DNA of 64,000 nt from Styela clava (Eukaryota). Under the pieces are notes generated by a model, which saw only the letters and a list, made by a program, of their open reading frames with translations, ran no database searches and was not told the DNA's origin. This document shows, piece by piece, positions 1 through 13,260 of the stretch (position 1 is its first letter; each line of letters opens with the position of its first letter). The stretch spans positions 6,572,001-6,636,000 of the forward strand of contig NC_135262.1 in NCBI RefSeq assembly GCF_964204865.1, in the 5' to 3' direction. The position numbers and the translations under genes were made by a program.

Positions 1-2027
1 ATGGACAACCACGTTATACGCATCTTTCTATTGCGTCAATAACTGAATAACGTAACAAATGATTGCGTGAATATCTGAAGTCTGTATGTATATGAATCGT
101 ACTGCCGAATTGTTTTTGTTGAAATTGATCGGGTTTCTCTGCGACAAATGGACTAATCGATTTCAAAATTTAAGTGGAAGATGGCTCTGAAGAAGTCGCT
201 GGAAAGCCGTTACGTTTATTCTTCAAACTTCCTCTGAGTTTGTTAGAGATTGTTTTCTTTTTGGCCTCCAAACCAATCGTGGATGTAATTACTTTGGCAA
301 CACATGCCCAATATGGAAGATTTAATTTCCACTATGCTATTAGTCAACTTATACATTATACAACTTATACCCGTAGAATTTTTCAGAAAATGTTGTATTT
401 CCGATATTTCTGAACACTCGTGCACAATATTATTCGACCATGGTTACATTTATTTTATCATTGAATATGAGTCACTTGAATATTTTAGGATTCGGATATT
501 CCGAAGAAGACGGAACGGAAGTGACTGTTATTTCAAGGACGAATTTCCACCAAAAGCTATTTATTTCTAGTAAATGTAAACATAAACAGATAAAATTTCT
601 TTGTATCAAAAAGGAGAAAGTACCACCAGACATTGCTCTAAGAAAAATATAATATATTTTGAGTAAGATGTGCCATTCTTACATGCATATTGCCCATAAT
701 AGGAATGCAACCGATATAGAAAAGTTTGTATGTGAAATTTTACATCCTGTGCTTTATATAAAATATGTTAAATAATAGATACGTCCCGCATGTATCTGCT
801 ACAAATCAGATACACATGATTATCTTTAAAATAATTCACTGTGTTTAATATGATTTATATCATTTAAAATGCCATTAGGGTTAAAGTTATACGGAAACAA
901 ATTCAATAAATAGTAGAACGATTTGCAGACACAAAAAACTTTTTCTTGCATTTTTGGAAATCAGTTTTTTCTCAGTATCAGTTCTATATTAGTACATTTA
1001 TATATGAAAAAAAAACTTACATTATTTGCCTATACTAAGTGCTTGTAAGAAAGACATCACAATCGCAGTTAAGCGGATAACTAAATCCTGTTAAAATCGT
1101 ATTACATTTTCGATATTTGTATGGTTTTTCATGTTGAATAAAAAATTTATATGGCGACATCGTTTTCCAGTAACTAGAGGAATTTAAGATGCTTATTCAT
1201 ATGTACTCTTATTTTGGCTCGATAACGTAAGTAGTCTTTCAGGTACAACGCTTTCCGTGATCGAAAATCTCGAAAGCTTTTTAAATCTTGAACGTCAATC
1301 TTATGCAAATAACGTGGTTTATGGCACACAGGTAAATTTCTTTTGAGCAATATTTCCGAGAAACGCGACAAACGTAAGTTTCGTGACTGCATATAAATAG
1401 ACTTTCAAGTTTCACGATCCTCAAATAACCCCAATTTCAAATATCGCGCGATTTATATTTCTATTGATAATTTAATCCAATTTGAAAGCGATTTCAATTT
1501 CATAAACGTTATAACTTAACTTCAATAACTATAATAAGTGCGGAAATTCCATCAATCATGTATGCTAATTAGCTTTCTCAATGCAGTCGCACATTACAAC
1601 TGTATGTTCGTTAAGTTGTTCGTTAATATGTTCCCATGAAGCAAAAATAGCAGAAAAATTTAGGGTGACATATGGGTCCGTGTAAGACCCTGGAAGCGAC
1701 GAAGTCAACAACAACAATTCATAGGTTCAATTTAAATTTCACATGTGAATGCAATTTTGTCTTTTGTGAGCTTTTGAGAAAACAAACTATCAAAGCGATC
1801 GATTCCTAATTTTCCGGCTTCCATTATTTTTTTGCCACGAAATCAATCCACATAGAGAAAGTTGATAAAATTCGACTTGAAATGTTAGATATCATGTTGC
1901 ATCCTGTGGTGTAATCGAAAAAAAAACTAAATTTGCCGGTAATATAGTAATAGCAGCATTAGAAAGATCGCTGTGCCATTTCTATCCAAATCTAAACTAC
2001 TTTGATAATGTTAATATTTCTCATAGC

Positions 2028-2330
2028 TTTCGCGTTCCAGGCTGGTGCATCGTATTGTATTAATATAATATTTTTTATTCCGGCACAATGATGTTATCAT
2101 TTTATCCATCCTATTTCTAAATACCAGCACTATTTGGGAGGAGAGATAAAGGAGAAAATTAAGATATGAAAGACGCGTTCCAGTTTCGCGTTCCAGGCTG
2201 GTGCATCGTATTGTATTAATATAATATTTTTTATTCCGGCACAATGATGTTATCATTTTATCCATCCTATTTCTAAATACCAGCACTATTTGGGAGGAAA
2301 CATAAAGGAGAAAATTAAGATATGAAAGAC
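2028..2330. repeat. Near-perfect direct tandem duplication (147-bp unit x2, period 156)
   Basis: tttcgcgttccagg...atatgaaagac at 2028-2174 and 2184-2330, separated by a 9-nt spacer gcgttccag; explains the repeated peptide in ORF 2011..2286. Confidence 0.93.
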
Positions 2331-2622
2331 TTCAGCGAATTGAAGATGCCGTGTATATGTACCTCGACAAATATAGACCACTCATATGAAATCTAATGAA
2401 TAATTGTACCCCTTATTATGACAACCGGAAATTCCATTTCCTTCGCGAACTAAATTTAAACGCCATGAATCGGGAAATCGGATATATGACACGAATACAG
2501 TGAAAATCTGTTATATAGTGATCACGGTCCGATCCAAGTCATTCGATTTGAGACGAATAAACCCACTAGAGTCTTATTTATTTTTTTACAAAATTTTTCA
2601 CATTTTTGCTTCAAACTTAAAC

Positions 2623-3611
2623 CAGGATCGTCCAACCCGGGGCCCGCGGGCCATAAGTGGCCCACGGAAGCATTTCGGATGGCCCGCGCTGAATTTTCAG
2701 AATTGAATAAAAAAATTGGGTAAAACTATTTTTCGAGTGATGTAGTATACAATGATATGATACAAACAATTTGTTTATTTCCCTGAAACGTGCTCTGTCA
2801 GCCCTTCCAATCAAGCCATGAGTGCCATTTTGAATCGAAACCAACTGAGAGGAGATATCGATATATAAAGGTTTCATAGTCGTTAACACAGTTGTTCTTT
2901 TACTCCTCTATATGATGTTATCGCAAAATAAACGAAGGCATTCTCAGATAGAAAGTTTGTTGAGGAATGTATAGTGTATATGTATAGTGATGTAATGTAT
3001 AGTGCGGGTTGCCAATGTTTTACGAACTGGAAATAAAAGAGATGTTTACAAAAATAGCCTGTCAAGACAGACCATAACTCGTCGTGTTGAAGAGCCTGGG
3101 AACTCTTTTGCGGAAACTTTAATTGCAAAAGCGGAAAAATTTCCATCGTATTCTTTGGCGCCTGACGAAAGCACTGACATCAAGTTTACTGCTCAGTCGG
3201 CGACTTGGCGATCTTCTTGCGGGGAGTTAATGATGATATGAAATTACCGTGGAGCTCGCAGCCAGTGTCCCTGCTAAGGGTACGACTAGTGGCATTGGTT
3301 TGTTAAGAGCTGTGATAAAAGTGATCAAGCGTCTTGGCTTGTCTTTGGCGAAACTTTCGGGAATAACCACTGATGGCGCCCCATCAATGGTTGTAAAACA
3401 ACAGTTTCATTGTTCTAATAATTGTGAAAGTTTGATGTGCGGGTACTGTTTGTTTACTCATTAACCTGTAGTCAGTGTAGCAAAACTAGAACATAACTAC
3501 CATGTTAAGTGGTCATTGTAGCAAAACTAGAACAACTACCATGTTAGGTGGCCCGCGTAATTATTAGTGAACCACATGTGTCCCTTCGGCCAAAAAGGTT
3601 GGCCGACCCTG
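2623..3611 (+). mobile_element. Internally deleted hAT (Buster/Charlie/SPIN-like) DNA transposon with degenerate transposase fragments
   Basis: TIRs CAGGATCGTCCAACC / GGTTGGCCGACCCTG (13/15 match); perfect 8-bp TSD ACTTAAAC at 2615-2622 and 3612-3619 (nnnTAnnn, Buster type); broken ORFs give SLSRQTITRRVEE, YSLAPDESTDI, GITTDGAPSM typical of GTF2IRD2/SPIN-type transposases. Confidence 0.92.
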
Positions 3612-4451
3612 ACTTAAACTGTAGGAAGCTAGCATGTATCGGAGAGAGACATCCAATTCCAGTCGTAATAGACAACCAAAGTTATTCTTTCTAAATCAAG
3701 TGCCTAGTTTGGTTTAAACGCTTGGGCCATTGCGTCTTCACTCGGTGATTTCTTACTAAAAATTTGGTAATATATTGTTAGATGGAAGTTGTCTACGTCT
3801 ACGACATAGCGTGCCAGTCTTGGCATATGGTTAGCAAGACAGTACGCTTTCTTTACATGCATTATCTTGATATTGACGCCATCGACACCGTTATGACGAC
3901 AAACAAATAAAAATTACGTTCTGTTAACATAATGATGGGCCTAATATTACAATCAGACCGTTTGAAACATTGCCTCTACCTTATACAGTTTCGATCTTTC
4001 TGATGGTTGATAATAACGCCAGCTTATAAGGAATGATAACACGACATTTGTACGAATCTGGCTGAAGTAAAACACCGTCAATCCAGCATGTCTCACGTAA
4101 CTGCCGCCCCAATTGCCAGATTTGGCTCTCAAATTAACATAAAACGAAACTGATAGGTTTGTTTTGTGGACACGTATAGTTCTGAATTTAAATATTCAAG
4201 TTTAGAAAACCTTATATATATATGTCTTGTTGTTTCATGTCATTGGTCACTATGTTCATCTATCTGCTCGTCACGCTGACAAGAATTATTTGAAATCGGC
4301 GACTTTGAGATGTAATGTGTAGATTATGGAGTTATGCTTCTTAAAGGTCCATGGCAACCATGGTACATGTCTAATGCGCACTTAGTATTAGTATTTAATT
4401 TATATAAATTCATTTACTACTGAGTTATTACATTTGTTCGATTAGTACCGT

Positions 4452-4819
4452 CAGGTTTGTCCGTGGGAATGGGATTCCCACTGGAAACGTCCCATGGCAC
4501 GGGATGGATGGGACAGCACACATTTGTATTTCACGTGGGACTCCAAAATTTTTGAGACACTCATTTTTATATAAGGTTATGTTTTGTGCGTTAAACAAAA
4601 TTATCACTATGTCTTTACCGGCGCGGTTTTAACACGATGGTGAGGTAACGCGGTATCCCCTTAAAGTTAACAAAGTCAATAAATTTTGTCGTTTTTGCAT
4701 GTTTCTTTGTGCACGTAGTCCTGTTTAGTAGACGCTAAACCTGAATTTAGCAATTCTTATCGAATTGTATTTCAATGGGATGGGATGGGACAGAAAAAAA
4801 TGTCCCATGAACAAGCATG
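4452..4819. mobile_element. hAT-type MITE with ATGGGA subterminal repeats
   Basis: TIRs CAGGTTTGTCCGTGGGA / TCCCATGAACAAGCATG; perfect 8-bp TSD AGTACCGT at 4444-4451 and 4820-4827. Confidence 0.85.
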
Positions 4820-5976
4820 AGTACCGTAGTAAACAAGTATTTTCTGTGTTGAGTATCGTTAATTACATAATAGATAATATATGAACGTAATGGTTTATCA
4901 CGAAAAGACAAAAATTTTTTAGTGTCATTTCAGTGTAAAATTCACTTGTGCTTCTATCGGGGCTCATGCCAACAGTCGCATCAGCCGAAACGCACGCAAC
5001 GCATATTGAAATGCCATTCCACAGATTTTCGTCAACTTCAGAATCGATTGACCGAACCTGAATGCATTGTTTGAATATTTTTGCCCATTGTTGGTATTAA
5101 TACCTTTCATAGTTTACAATTGTGTGACTAACTTCACGATCTGTAAGTCGCTGTTGAGGTCCACGATATTTATGGACACGGCATGAGAAAAATAGCAATT
5201 AGAATAAGAACATGTCCGTGTTCCTAATACCGAAACTATGAGACGTACACTGTTGCATGGTGACGTCACGATACCGATGATGTCACGAGGGTAATGTAAT
5301 TTTTGAATTTTGAATAACTGGGAATGTGTGATGAGAAGAAACCTGTGTTTGGTTAAACCTCATTATTTCATCCATACCTGATATCTTTGTATAGTTACAA
5401 TAATTGCAGTTGCATTGCATATTAATCCAAGCAACCATATTGCTAAGATATCCAGTTTTTTGGAAGCTTTATTTGGATAAAATATCGTACACAAATTTAT
5501 CATTAATCACAGCCATTTTGTTCTCTACTGTGGCAGGGCCAAAAGCCGTGTATTGACGTAATTTGTTCGCTTTGATGAGCTTGCGATTGTTCGCGGAAAA
5601 CATGCAATCACTAACGTGACTCACCATTCTATTTTCAGCGAGGCAACTCGTCGTTTGGCAGCGTACATGTTGCACGCTCGGATAAAATGATGAAATAATT
5701 TAGAGAAACGTGAAAATACAAAAGAAAAAAGACTTATTTGACGTAAATACCAGTTCCAGAATGAGATATAACCAGTATGATCGAGAATATTCGTGTGGGA
5801 CCGATTGTTATTATTTAGTAGACCGATAGCAACAGGTATCAGCACCCATTAACCAAGAGAAGCGATTGGGACCGTAATTACTACTTAAATTGCATGATAA
5901 CTAAACTTGTTGCTTTTGTCTCTTATAGAAAAATACTATAAAGCATATACATTACTAGAGTATTAACTTGACGAAG

Positions 5977-7050
5977 ATGTCAGTACATTACCGTCTCAAC
6001 GGATGGGAACATCTGGGAGGAATCGAATCACATAAGAAGCTGGATGGCACAAGAAATGGAATATTCAAAATCCCTCTGCTCGGAGCACCGGGATCTGGAA
6101 CTAAAGAAATCGGACGATCTCTTCGTACATTATATGGAAAAAACACGGACAGTATCACATCTATAAACGAAAATGAAATCGATGTTATGCCATACAAAAA
6201 TTTAGTTCATTCAAACGCATTTCACACAATGTTAAGCTTGGTAGAAGAAGTTGATTCGTTTGGACTCGAGTGCACGAAAAGGGACACATTGAACGACGTA
6301 ATAAAAGTAAAGTCTTTCAAACAAGATCAAGTAAACCAAGAAATCCCACGAGAAATTTGGATGTCGTTTAAAAGAATTTGGGAAGACGGTACATTCGTTT
6401 GTTGCGCTCAACATACATCAAAAAGAGATCTTCTTGAAGAAGCCGAGTATTATTTCAACAACATTGATCGAATATCAGCAACATATTTTGAGCCTTCAGC
6501 TGAAGACGTTGCTTTGTGTCGAATGAAGTTAAACAGCATCTATGAAACAAAGATGAGAAATAATTTATGGCTGCTTGAAGTTGGACCAATTTATAATAAA
6601 AGTAATATAAAAAGAGTGTTGCAGTATTTTGGCGACAATACGGTTGTGATATTCTGTGTCGATGTGTCGTCATTTGATCAGTTTGAAGACGATGGGAAAA
6701 CGAATAAACTTTCAAAAACGTTGGAACATTTTCGAATTATTGCCAACCACGAATTCACACGAAAAGCTATGACAATTTTGCTATTTACGAAAACGGAAGA
6801 ACTCGAGAAAAAGTTAAAAAATACTGAACTTAAAAAATATTTTGTTAACTACAACGGTAGAAATACAGTTAAAGACGCTGTACCTTTCATAAGAAAAAAA
6901 TTTGAAGCTAAAGCACACAAACGCGCGGGACTTTGCTCACTTTTTATTTCTAATGGGCGATTAACTCGTTCAGAAGATTTACAAAAAATAAGAAGCGCTT
7001 TGTCGCATTGTGTTGTTCAATTACGAACAAAAGAAATGAAGTTAATATAG
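5977..7050 (+). CDS. Divergent heterotrimeric G-protein alpha-like protein, copy 1 (357 aa, intronless CDS, degenerate GTPase motifs)
   Basis: G-alpha architecture throughout: KIPLLGAPGSG, YKNLVHSN, KRIWED, AEYYFNNIDRI..YFEPSAEDV, IFCVDVSSFDQ, LLFTK; first ATG at 5977 (ORF track starts at TTG 5968); acceptor-like tcttatag ending 5928; AATAAA 7153-7158. Confidence 0.9.
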   Translation: MSVHYRLNGWEHLGGIESHKKLDGTRNGIFKIPLLGAPGSGTKEIGRSLRTLYGKNTDSITSINENEIDVMPYKNLVHSNAFHTMLSLVEEVDSFGLECTKRDTLNDVIKVKSFKQDQVNQEIPREIWMSFKRIWEDGTFVCCAQHTSKRDLLEEAEYYFNNIDRISATYFEPSAEDVALCRMKLNSIYETKMRNNLWLLEVGPIYNKSNIKRVLQYFGDNTVVIFCVDVSSFDQFEDDGKTNKLSKTLEHFRIIANHEFTRKAMTILLFTKTEELEKKLKNTELKKYFVNYNGRNTVKDAVPFIRKKFEAKAHKRAGLCSLFISNGRLTRSEDLQKIRSALSHCVVQLRTKEMKLI

Positions 7051-10000
7051 ATTATTGAATATTTGCTTCATCTATGATTATTTATAATATAATTACTTTC
7101 TCGATATTTTTTTATTTTATTTTTCATTTAATCGCACTACGCTTTTACCCACAATAAATTATAAGTCAGTGAATCTCTAACAATATTTTTAATACATGTT
7201 TGTGGCCGTGCTTATAACGAACCTTCATAAAAACTTCAAGTACAAATAATAAGTGGCGGAGAAATAACCAAGAACATTAAATGTAGGAAGCATCACATTT
7301 TAAATCCAAAATGCCCCCCGAAAGAATCAAACGGGGTGAGACATTTTCAGTGAAAAATTCAGATAAAGAATCGTATTTTTTTGCTAATATATGAACAATG
7401 TTATTATACTGTATATTTGTGAAAAAAAATTGACACGGTCCACAAATCACACTCATATATCAACTACAAAAAATAATCATTTAAGCTGAAATTTATAACA
7501 TGAAAAATTACTGGCACCTAAGAAAAGAAATGGGAAATAAATGTTATTTTATCCAAGTAGATGTACCTGGACCGAAATCAACAGTTTTGATCATAGTTTG
7601 CTGCATAATCAATACATTGGCCAATAAAATGTGCGTATAAGCAGCTGTTCGTTCAGTAAAAATGAATGAATTATATATCTCAAATTGTAACAAACAAAAA
7701 ATGATGCACTGTTTTATATTTCTGTATTTATTATTCGTTTGATTTATTTAATAATATAACATGACTTTAATATCCGGACTTGGCAGTTTGTCCTATATAA
7801 ATCAAATTTTATTATATGACAAGATTATAAATTGGTCTTTTGATTGCAGCAAGAGAAAGTTAGTATTTAGTGAGTGATAATTTTGAGAAGTGCAGTGTTT
7901 TAAAAGATTATGAAATGAGGGCGACGATTAGTATGTGACATCTTGGATTTTTTTGGTTTTCGTTGAAGGTTTATGGACTTTAAATTCGATGGCTTTTCAG
8001 ATACAAATCAAGATTAGCGCAACATTCGTTGTATCTGTTAAATTTCAAGCGTTTGTATGCGTATGAGTGATTTATTTTTGCAGTCAGATAATTATGAGAC
8101 AAAGCGCTATACTCTGATATTGCTAACGGTACTATGTTTGCGATAAACTATAGGTGCATAAGCTGTGAGCTTTACAAACCGGAAGAACGCTACTTCCTTA
8201 ATTCAAATACGTCAGATGACGTCGTTTATCAACTTTCCCTGTTCATTAAAACCCTGAAACAAAAAAGTTCATAGGTTGAATCATCCGTCGGTATAGTCAT
8301 AGTTTGGTGCAAGCAAAGTACATATTAAATTGTTCCAAAATTAGCCAAGTGCCCCAAACGTGCATTATTCACGACCTTCGTAATGGTTTGTTATTAAAAT
8401 CGACAAGCGTGTATATTGTATTGCAGGTGCAGTGACAGTTCCGTATACTTTTAATTACTGGGAACTGACACGACATACCAGCAAGTAAAGCATAGAAAAA
8501 TGTCACTAACTATATTTGACCTAAGAATTATTTTCAGCAATATAACTGTTGCCGATGGAAAACAATAAAAATTAGTCATTGCGATTTCGCAATCTTTCAA
8601 CACATTAACGTAATCCGATTGAATTTATAAATCATTCTTGTTTAAAAGTGAGCACACGGCCGAGAAGACAAGGTATATATTTGCAAAACTTACAAAAAAA
8701 CACTTGTGATTGACAAAATACTGGTCTTTGGCAAAGTTCATTTCCATTTCATAAATTTTTAACAAATTATATACTTTCAATATATAATTAATTTGCTTAA
8801 GGCTATAAGGATTGATTCTCTTTTTGCAAAAACACTGTTTGTGAAATGATTTTTTAAACTTCAAGTCATGCGTCCGGTCTTACTATCCCGGAAACATTTC
8901 CACTAAGTTTTTCGAGTAATTGTGAAATACTTGCATATATTAAATGCACGTCATGGTTATGTTGGAACTTGATCAAATTGATAAAAAACAGTTCTTAGAC
9001 TTTTTTTTCTCAATTTCCAAATGTCATTAGAGTATGGGTGACTTAAATTGGCATTTAGTAGTAAACACCTATTGATATTTAAAAGATCGCATTTAGGACA
9101 TAATCTACTTCTGCATGAGAATCGATTCTGAATGTAAAGTTACAAAAAATATATATACGATTAAACTAAATACATGAAAACCATTAGAAACATTTTTGTT
9201 TTTCCAATAACACAGCAAAACGTAAATATTGCCAATATTCTAAACATTGTTCTAATACGAATATTAGATTTAAGTTTCGGAAATTCGAGGATAATTTTCA
9301 TAGTTTGAACTATGTTGAACCACAACTTCCTGCATAAGTAATGTCTGACTAAACTCTATACTAAATTCAGATAAATTTGTGAACACTAGATTTGTGCGTG
9401 TGCAATAGATATGTATATTTGGCCGAGTGTAATTTGGTCAATCACACTATTTCGGTAGAAATTTATTTCTGCAAAACGTGTAAGAAATTATCAAAACTGG
9501 GCAACAGCAATTCTAATTTAGTGGGACAAATCTGGCATCCTTATATTATTGAAGGGTTTAATTTTATGCACAGGATTATCCGAATATGGTATTTCTGATA
9601 TATATCTGTGATACATGTCTAGGTGTGTCAAAATACCTTGATTTAAGCACGTAGGACTTAACTAAAGTTGATCAGAATTGCTCCAAAATGTATTGTTTTA
9701 CTTCTATAAGAGTACTCGGTGAGAATATGTGGTGGACTAAATTTTTGACTTCTGTCCTAAAAATTTCAGAGTTGTATGGGTCCCAAATCACAATGATGAT
9801 TGAATTAATCAATACTAACTATGAAAAATTATACATAAGAACATACTACTCGTTGTATACAAATAATCATATAAAGCTCAATACATATGTGGCAGTTATA
9901 TTTGAAGAAGTTAGATAATGACCTAACGGAAGCTGACATATGTTGAACAAGATCTTGTATTTCTTCCTATCTTTGAAAGCAGGAATTGAAACATTAAATT

Positions 10001-11294
10001 CCAATTATAGTAAAAAATACTAAAATTGATATCATATCGAAAACATATTCCCAATATACAAGAAACTTTTGTGGAATTCCCATTATAGACTCAGCTGTGA
10101 ATTTGTATAAAATAAACTTGAAATCGAAACTGTTATCGCACTCGTGTACGTCGTCACAGCGTTTTAAAAAAAATTGAAAACTGGCCAGACAAAGTGAAAC
10201 TTTTGCCACAAGTTTAATGAGTTCATATGCCTTAAGTTTGGAATAAAATTTGAACTCAAAAGCGATATATATATATATCACATGGTGACGTAATACAGAA
10301 ATATCTTGTGTCGGGGATACCTGCTATCCGACCATTGTTGCTATAATTCCTTAACTTTGTGAATATTTTTTTACAGCACAGGCCACAGAAAAAAAATGAA
10401 AATTGAATTGCGTTTTTTTGTTTGAGAAAATAGTAACAACAGGGCAATACAACGCAACAAAAGTTTTGTAAAAATTGGTTTGAAGGCCTAAAATTGCCAG
10501 CAAATAATAGTTTACTGTGTTTAACTCTGCTGCGATTTTACGGTTCTTTATTATACAGCGTTGTTGAGAAAGGGGCCTGTTATTTACGGGAGACGCAATA
10601 CTCTGGAATTAATTAATAACTTGGATACTGCCTACGCAAAATGGCTGCGAACGGAAACTTTCGTTATATTCAAATCTATATTTACTGTAATTTAATTTAG
10701 TGAGGGAGTACTTACTATCTTTATCAAATGAAACAAGATTAAAACGCTATACGCGTGAAAGAGAATATGGATTTATTTTAAGTAATATATGCTATAATTT
10801 TATTTGCTATAAATTCGTGATCGTCAAGGCATTATGAAAAAGACGTTCGTGACATACAATCTCAAACCACGACACAACATGTACCACTATGTGGTTTAAT
10901 TTCGCTCAAGTTAAGTCACCTATGCCACACGGCAATTTATTATGACCCGGATTTGTCCTTTGGTATTTATTGCAAAGAAAAATAAATCAAATATTCATTT
11001 TCAAACAATGGATTTCTTTTAATTCCGACCTTGTTGTGTCATAATCGCCGATTGAGCGTTCCTTTGTCAAACAAGTATTATTTGTTTTTATTCCCGCTTA
11101 TTTGTTCAGTCATTATGTCGTAACAATTGTACCTTTGTGAATGTGAGAAACATATACAATCGAAAGCTGGTGGTTTAGCTACTGTTTCCCTTCTATACCA
11201 CAGTGATGAAAGATACGACCAATGTAGTGTTCCATATTAAAATGGAAGAATTATTAAACACTTAGAATAGCTCGATGAAGTGAAATGTGTAGAT

Positions 11295-11597
11295 CACCGG
11301 TTTTCAACCAGCGGGCCATGGCCCACTGAAACATTTTAAAGTGGGCCACAGACCTATTAACAAGTGCTAGTTAGCTAATTATTTGTGTCACTACAGTTAA
11401 TTTTAATTGTAGCAGCAATGAATGGCGATGCTGTTTTCTGCTCCTAAGTGGTAATTTTCATTCTGATTATTAGTGTGAAAGTGTACATTTTTGTTATTTC
11501 GTTTTTTCTTGTAGTTTTCCCTTCGCACAAAAAGTAAATAGGCAACAGAATTTTTGTTGAACGAAAATGGGCCACAAAAAAAGATTGAGAACCACTG
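11295..11597. mobile_element. hAT Charlie/MER5-like MITE
   Basis: Ends CACCGGTTTTCAACC / GATTGAGAACCACTG, GGGCCA subterminal motifs, TSD GTGTAGAT / GTATAGAT (7/8). Confidence 0.78.
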
Positions 11598-13260
11598 GTA
11601 TAGATGAATAGCATAAATTTTTCATTGCGAGATCTTGTGAATTTTTTCTTGAACATCATCTGTACAAGCAGGCATTAACACTTAGGAAGCTCTTATTTAG
11701 CTCAAAAAGTGCAGAAACTATAAACTAGAACAAGACTTTTACCATCGTCATCACTATGTTACGTCATACTTTTTTGACATTTCAGAAACGGAGAATGGAC
11801 ATTTTAATTATTCAAAATACGATATCGGTATTTAAAATTAACTTAACATAGAAATTTTATTGCGATACTTCGAGTTTTTATCAAAGTGTGGCAAGTGAAA
11901 TCTCAATTCAGAGTAGCTCGCCTGTGGGAAGATGTAAAATATATGAGCAATTGACAAAATTACGCCATCTTTCTTCCTATTCTCTGTTATAATACCAGTC
12001 AACTGCTAACTCGGTAATCTTGTAGAGTAATTTCCATCATTACGTTTTCACAAGTACACTTGAGACAAGGGCTACTCGTGAGTAACGCTGTACACGCCTA
12101 AATCACTTGTTCTGTGGTTCAGTCAGCTATAATCAATCAAATTTGAGTTGTATGTATATTTCCTTGAGATAGTCAAAATAAAGTTAGTTGCAGGATATGA
12201 AGAAAACGCCTTTTAGAATAAATCTTAATATTTCGTTGATGACAGCTATTTTTAGATACAAAAATCAAGTAGGTGTAAGCGACTAATATGAAAACAATGT
12301 CATGCCACTCGATATCCAAATCAAGCGTTGTATCATTGTAAAACAAGATTTAAAGAGTCAGCTCCGCCTTGTAGCTTTTATGCTTATGTTATCTAGTTAC
12401 ATGTTTAGGGTTGGGGTACAAAAGAAGTCGCTTTTAGAAGCTGAGAAATTTAATTAATGCGATGTATCAGGGCATACTTAGCATGGGCAACTTATGAAGC
12501 ATCCTTGGCAGTCGGACAGAAATTACTCCTGCCGGCACTGATTAGTTTTAATTCCTTGTATCATGGTGACGGGTCGCTGAAGTTGTATATTTGTAGGGCA
12601 ACTTCGAGGTAGCTAAACTAATATTTAAAGACGTACTGAAAGTAATTATGTGATACTTAGGTGTTTGTTTTGCTCAGCTTGTACTAGAGTATTTATTTGA
12701 CGCTGTATGGGTACACTTCACAGGAAACAATGATAAAGTAATTGATCGAAGACTATAGCTCAAGTTAGAACAGCCTCTACTATGCAATTTCCATATTTTT
12801 ATGACGATGTGTGTACTGACAGTCGAGGATTGATGTAAAATTCCGTTTTACATCATATTTTCAAAGATCTGGCACAACTGTATATACAAAAGACCATATT
12901 TTATCTCGCGCAATTAATGGATTATTACATTCAAAAGAAATTGAAAGATTTTCTTGATGACATGCTGAAAATTATTAATGTGCAACTTTTTTGAGATAAA
13001 TTATCAATTTCAGAAGAAATGAGGACTTTACTAATGTTGAACTAACAAAATGTGTTTTTGTAAGATAATTGAAATAAAAAATTTAAAGACTTCAAGTTGG
13101 AAAATCTAGTTATAAGTATGTGTTAGGTATTTTTCTAAAATGCCAATAGAAATGTCCGCCACTGATCCCCAGGAAACTATTTCATAGTTTGACTTTAAAA
13201 GCAACTTCTGTGTTTCAGTTTTATTCAAGTTACTATATATACATCACGACTAGCGGCTAG

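Noticed and set aside
1-23. Minus-strand ATG giving MRITWLS at the window edge, possibly a signal-peptide start
   Set aside because: Only seven codons visible; cannot be supported
8625-11659. Several 60-95 aa ORFs in AT-rich intergenic DNA
   Set aside because: Low-complexity F/I/K-rich translations, no domains or linked splice structure
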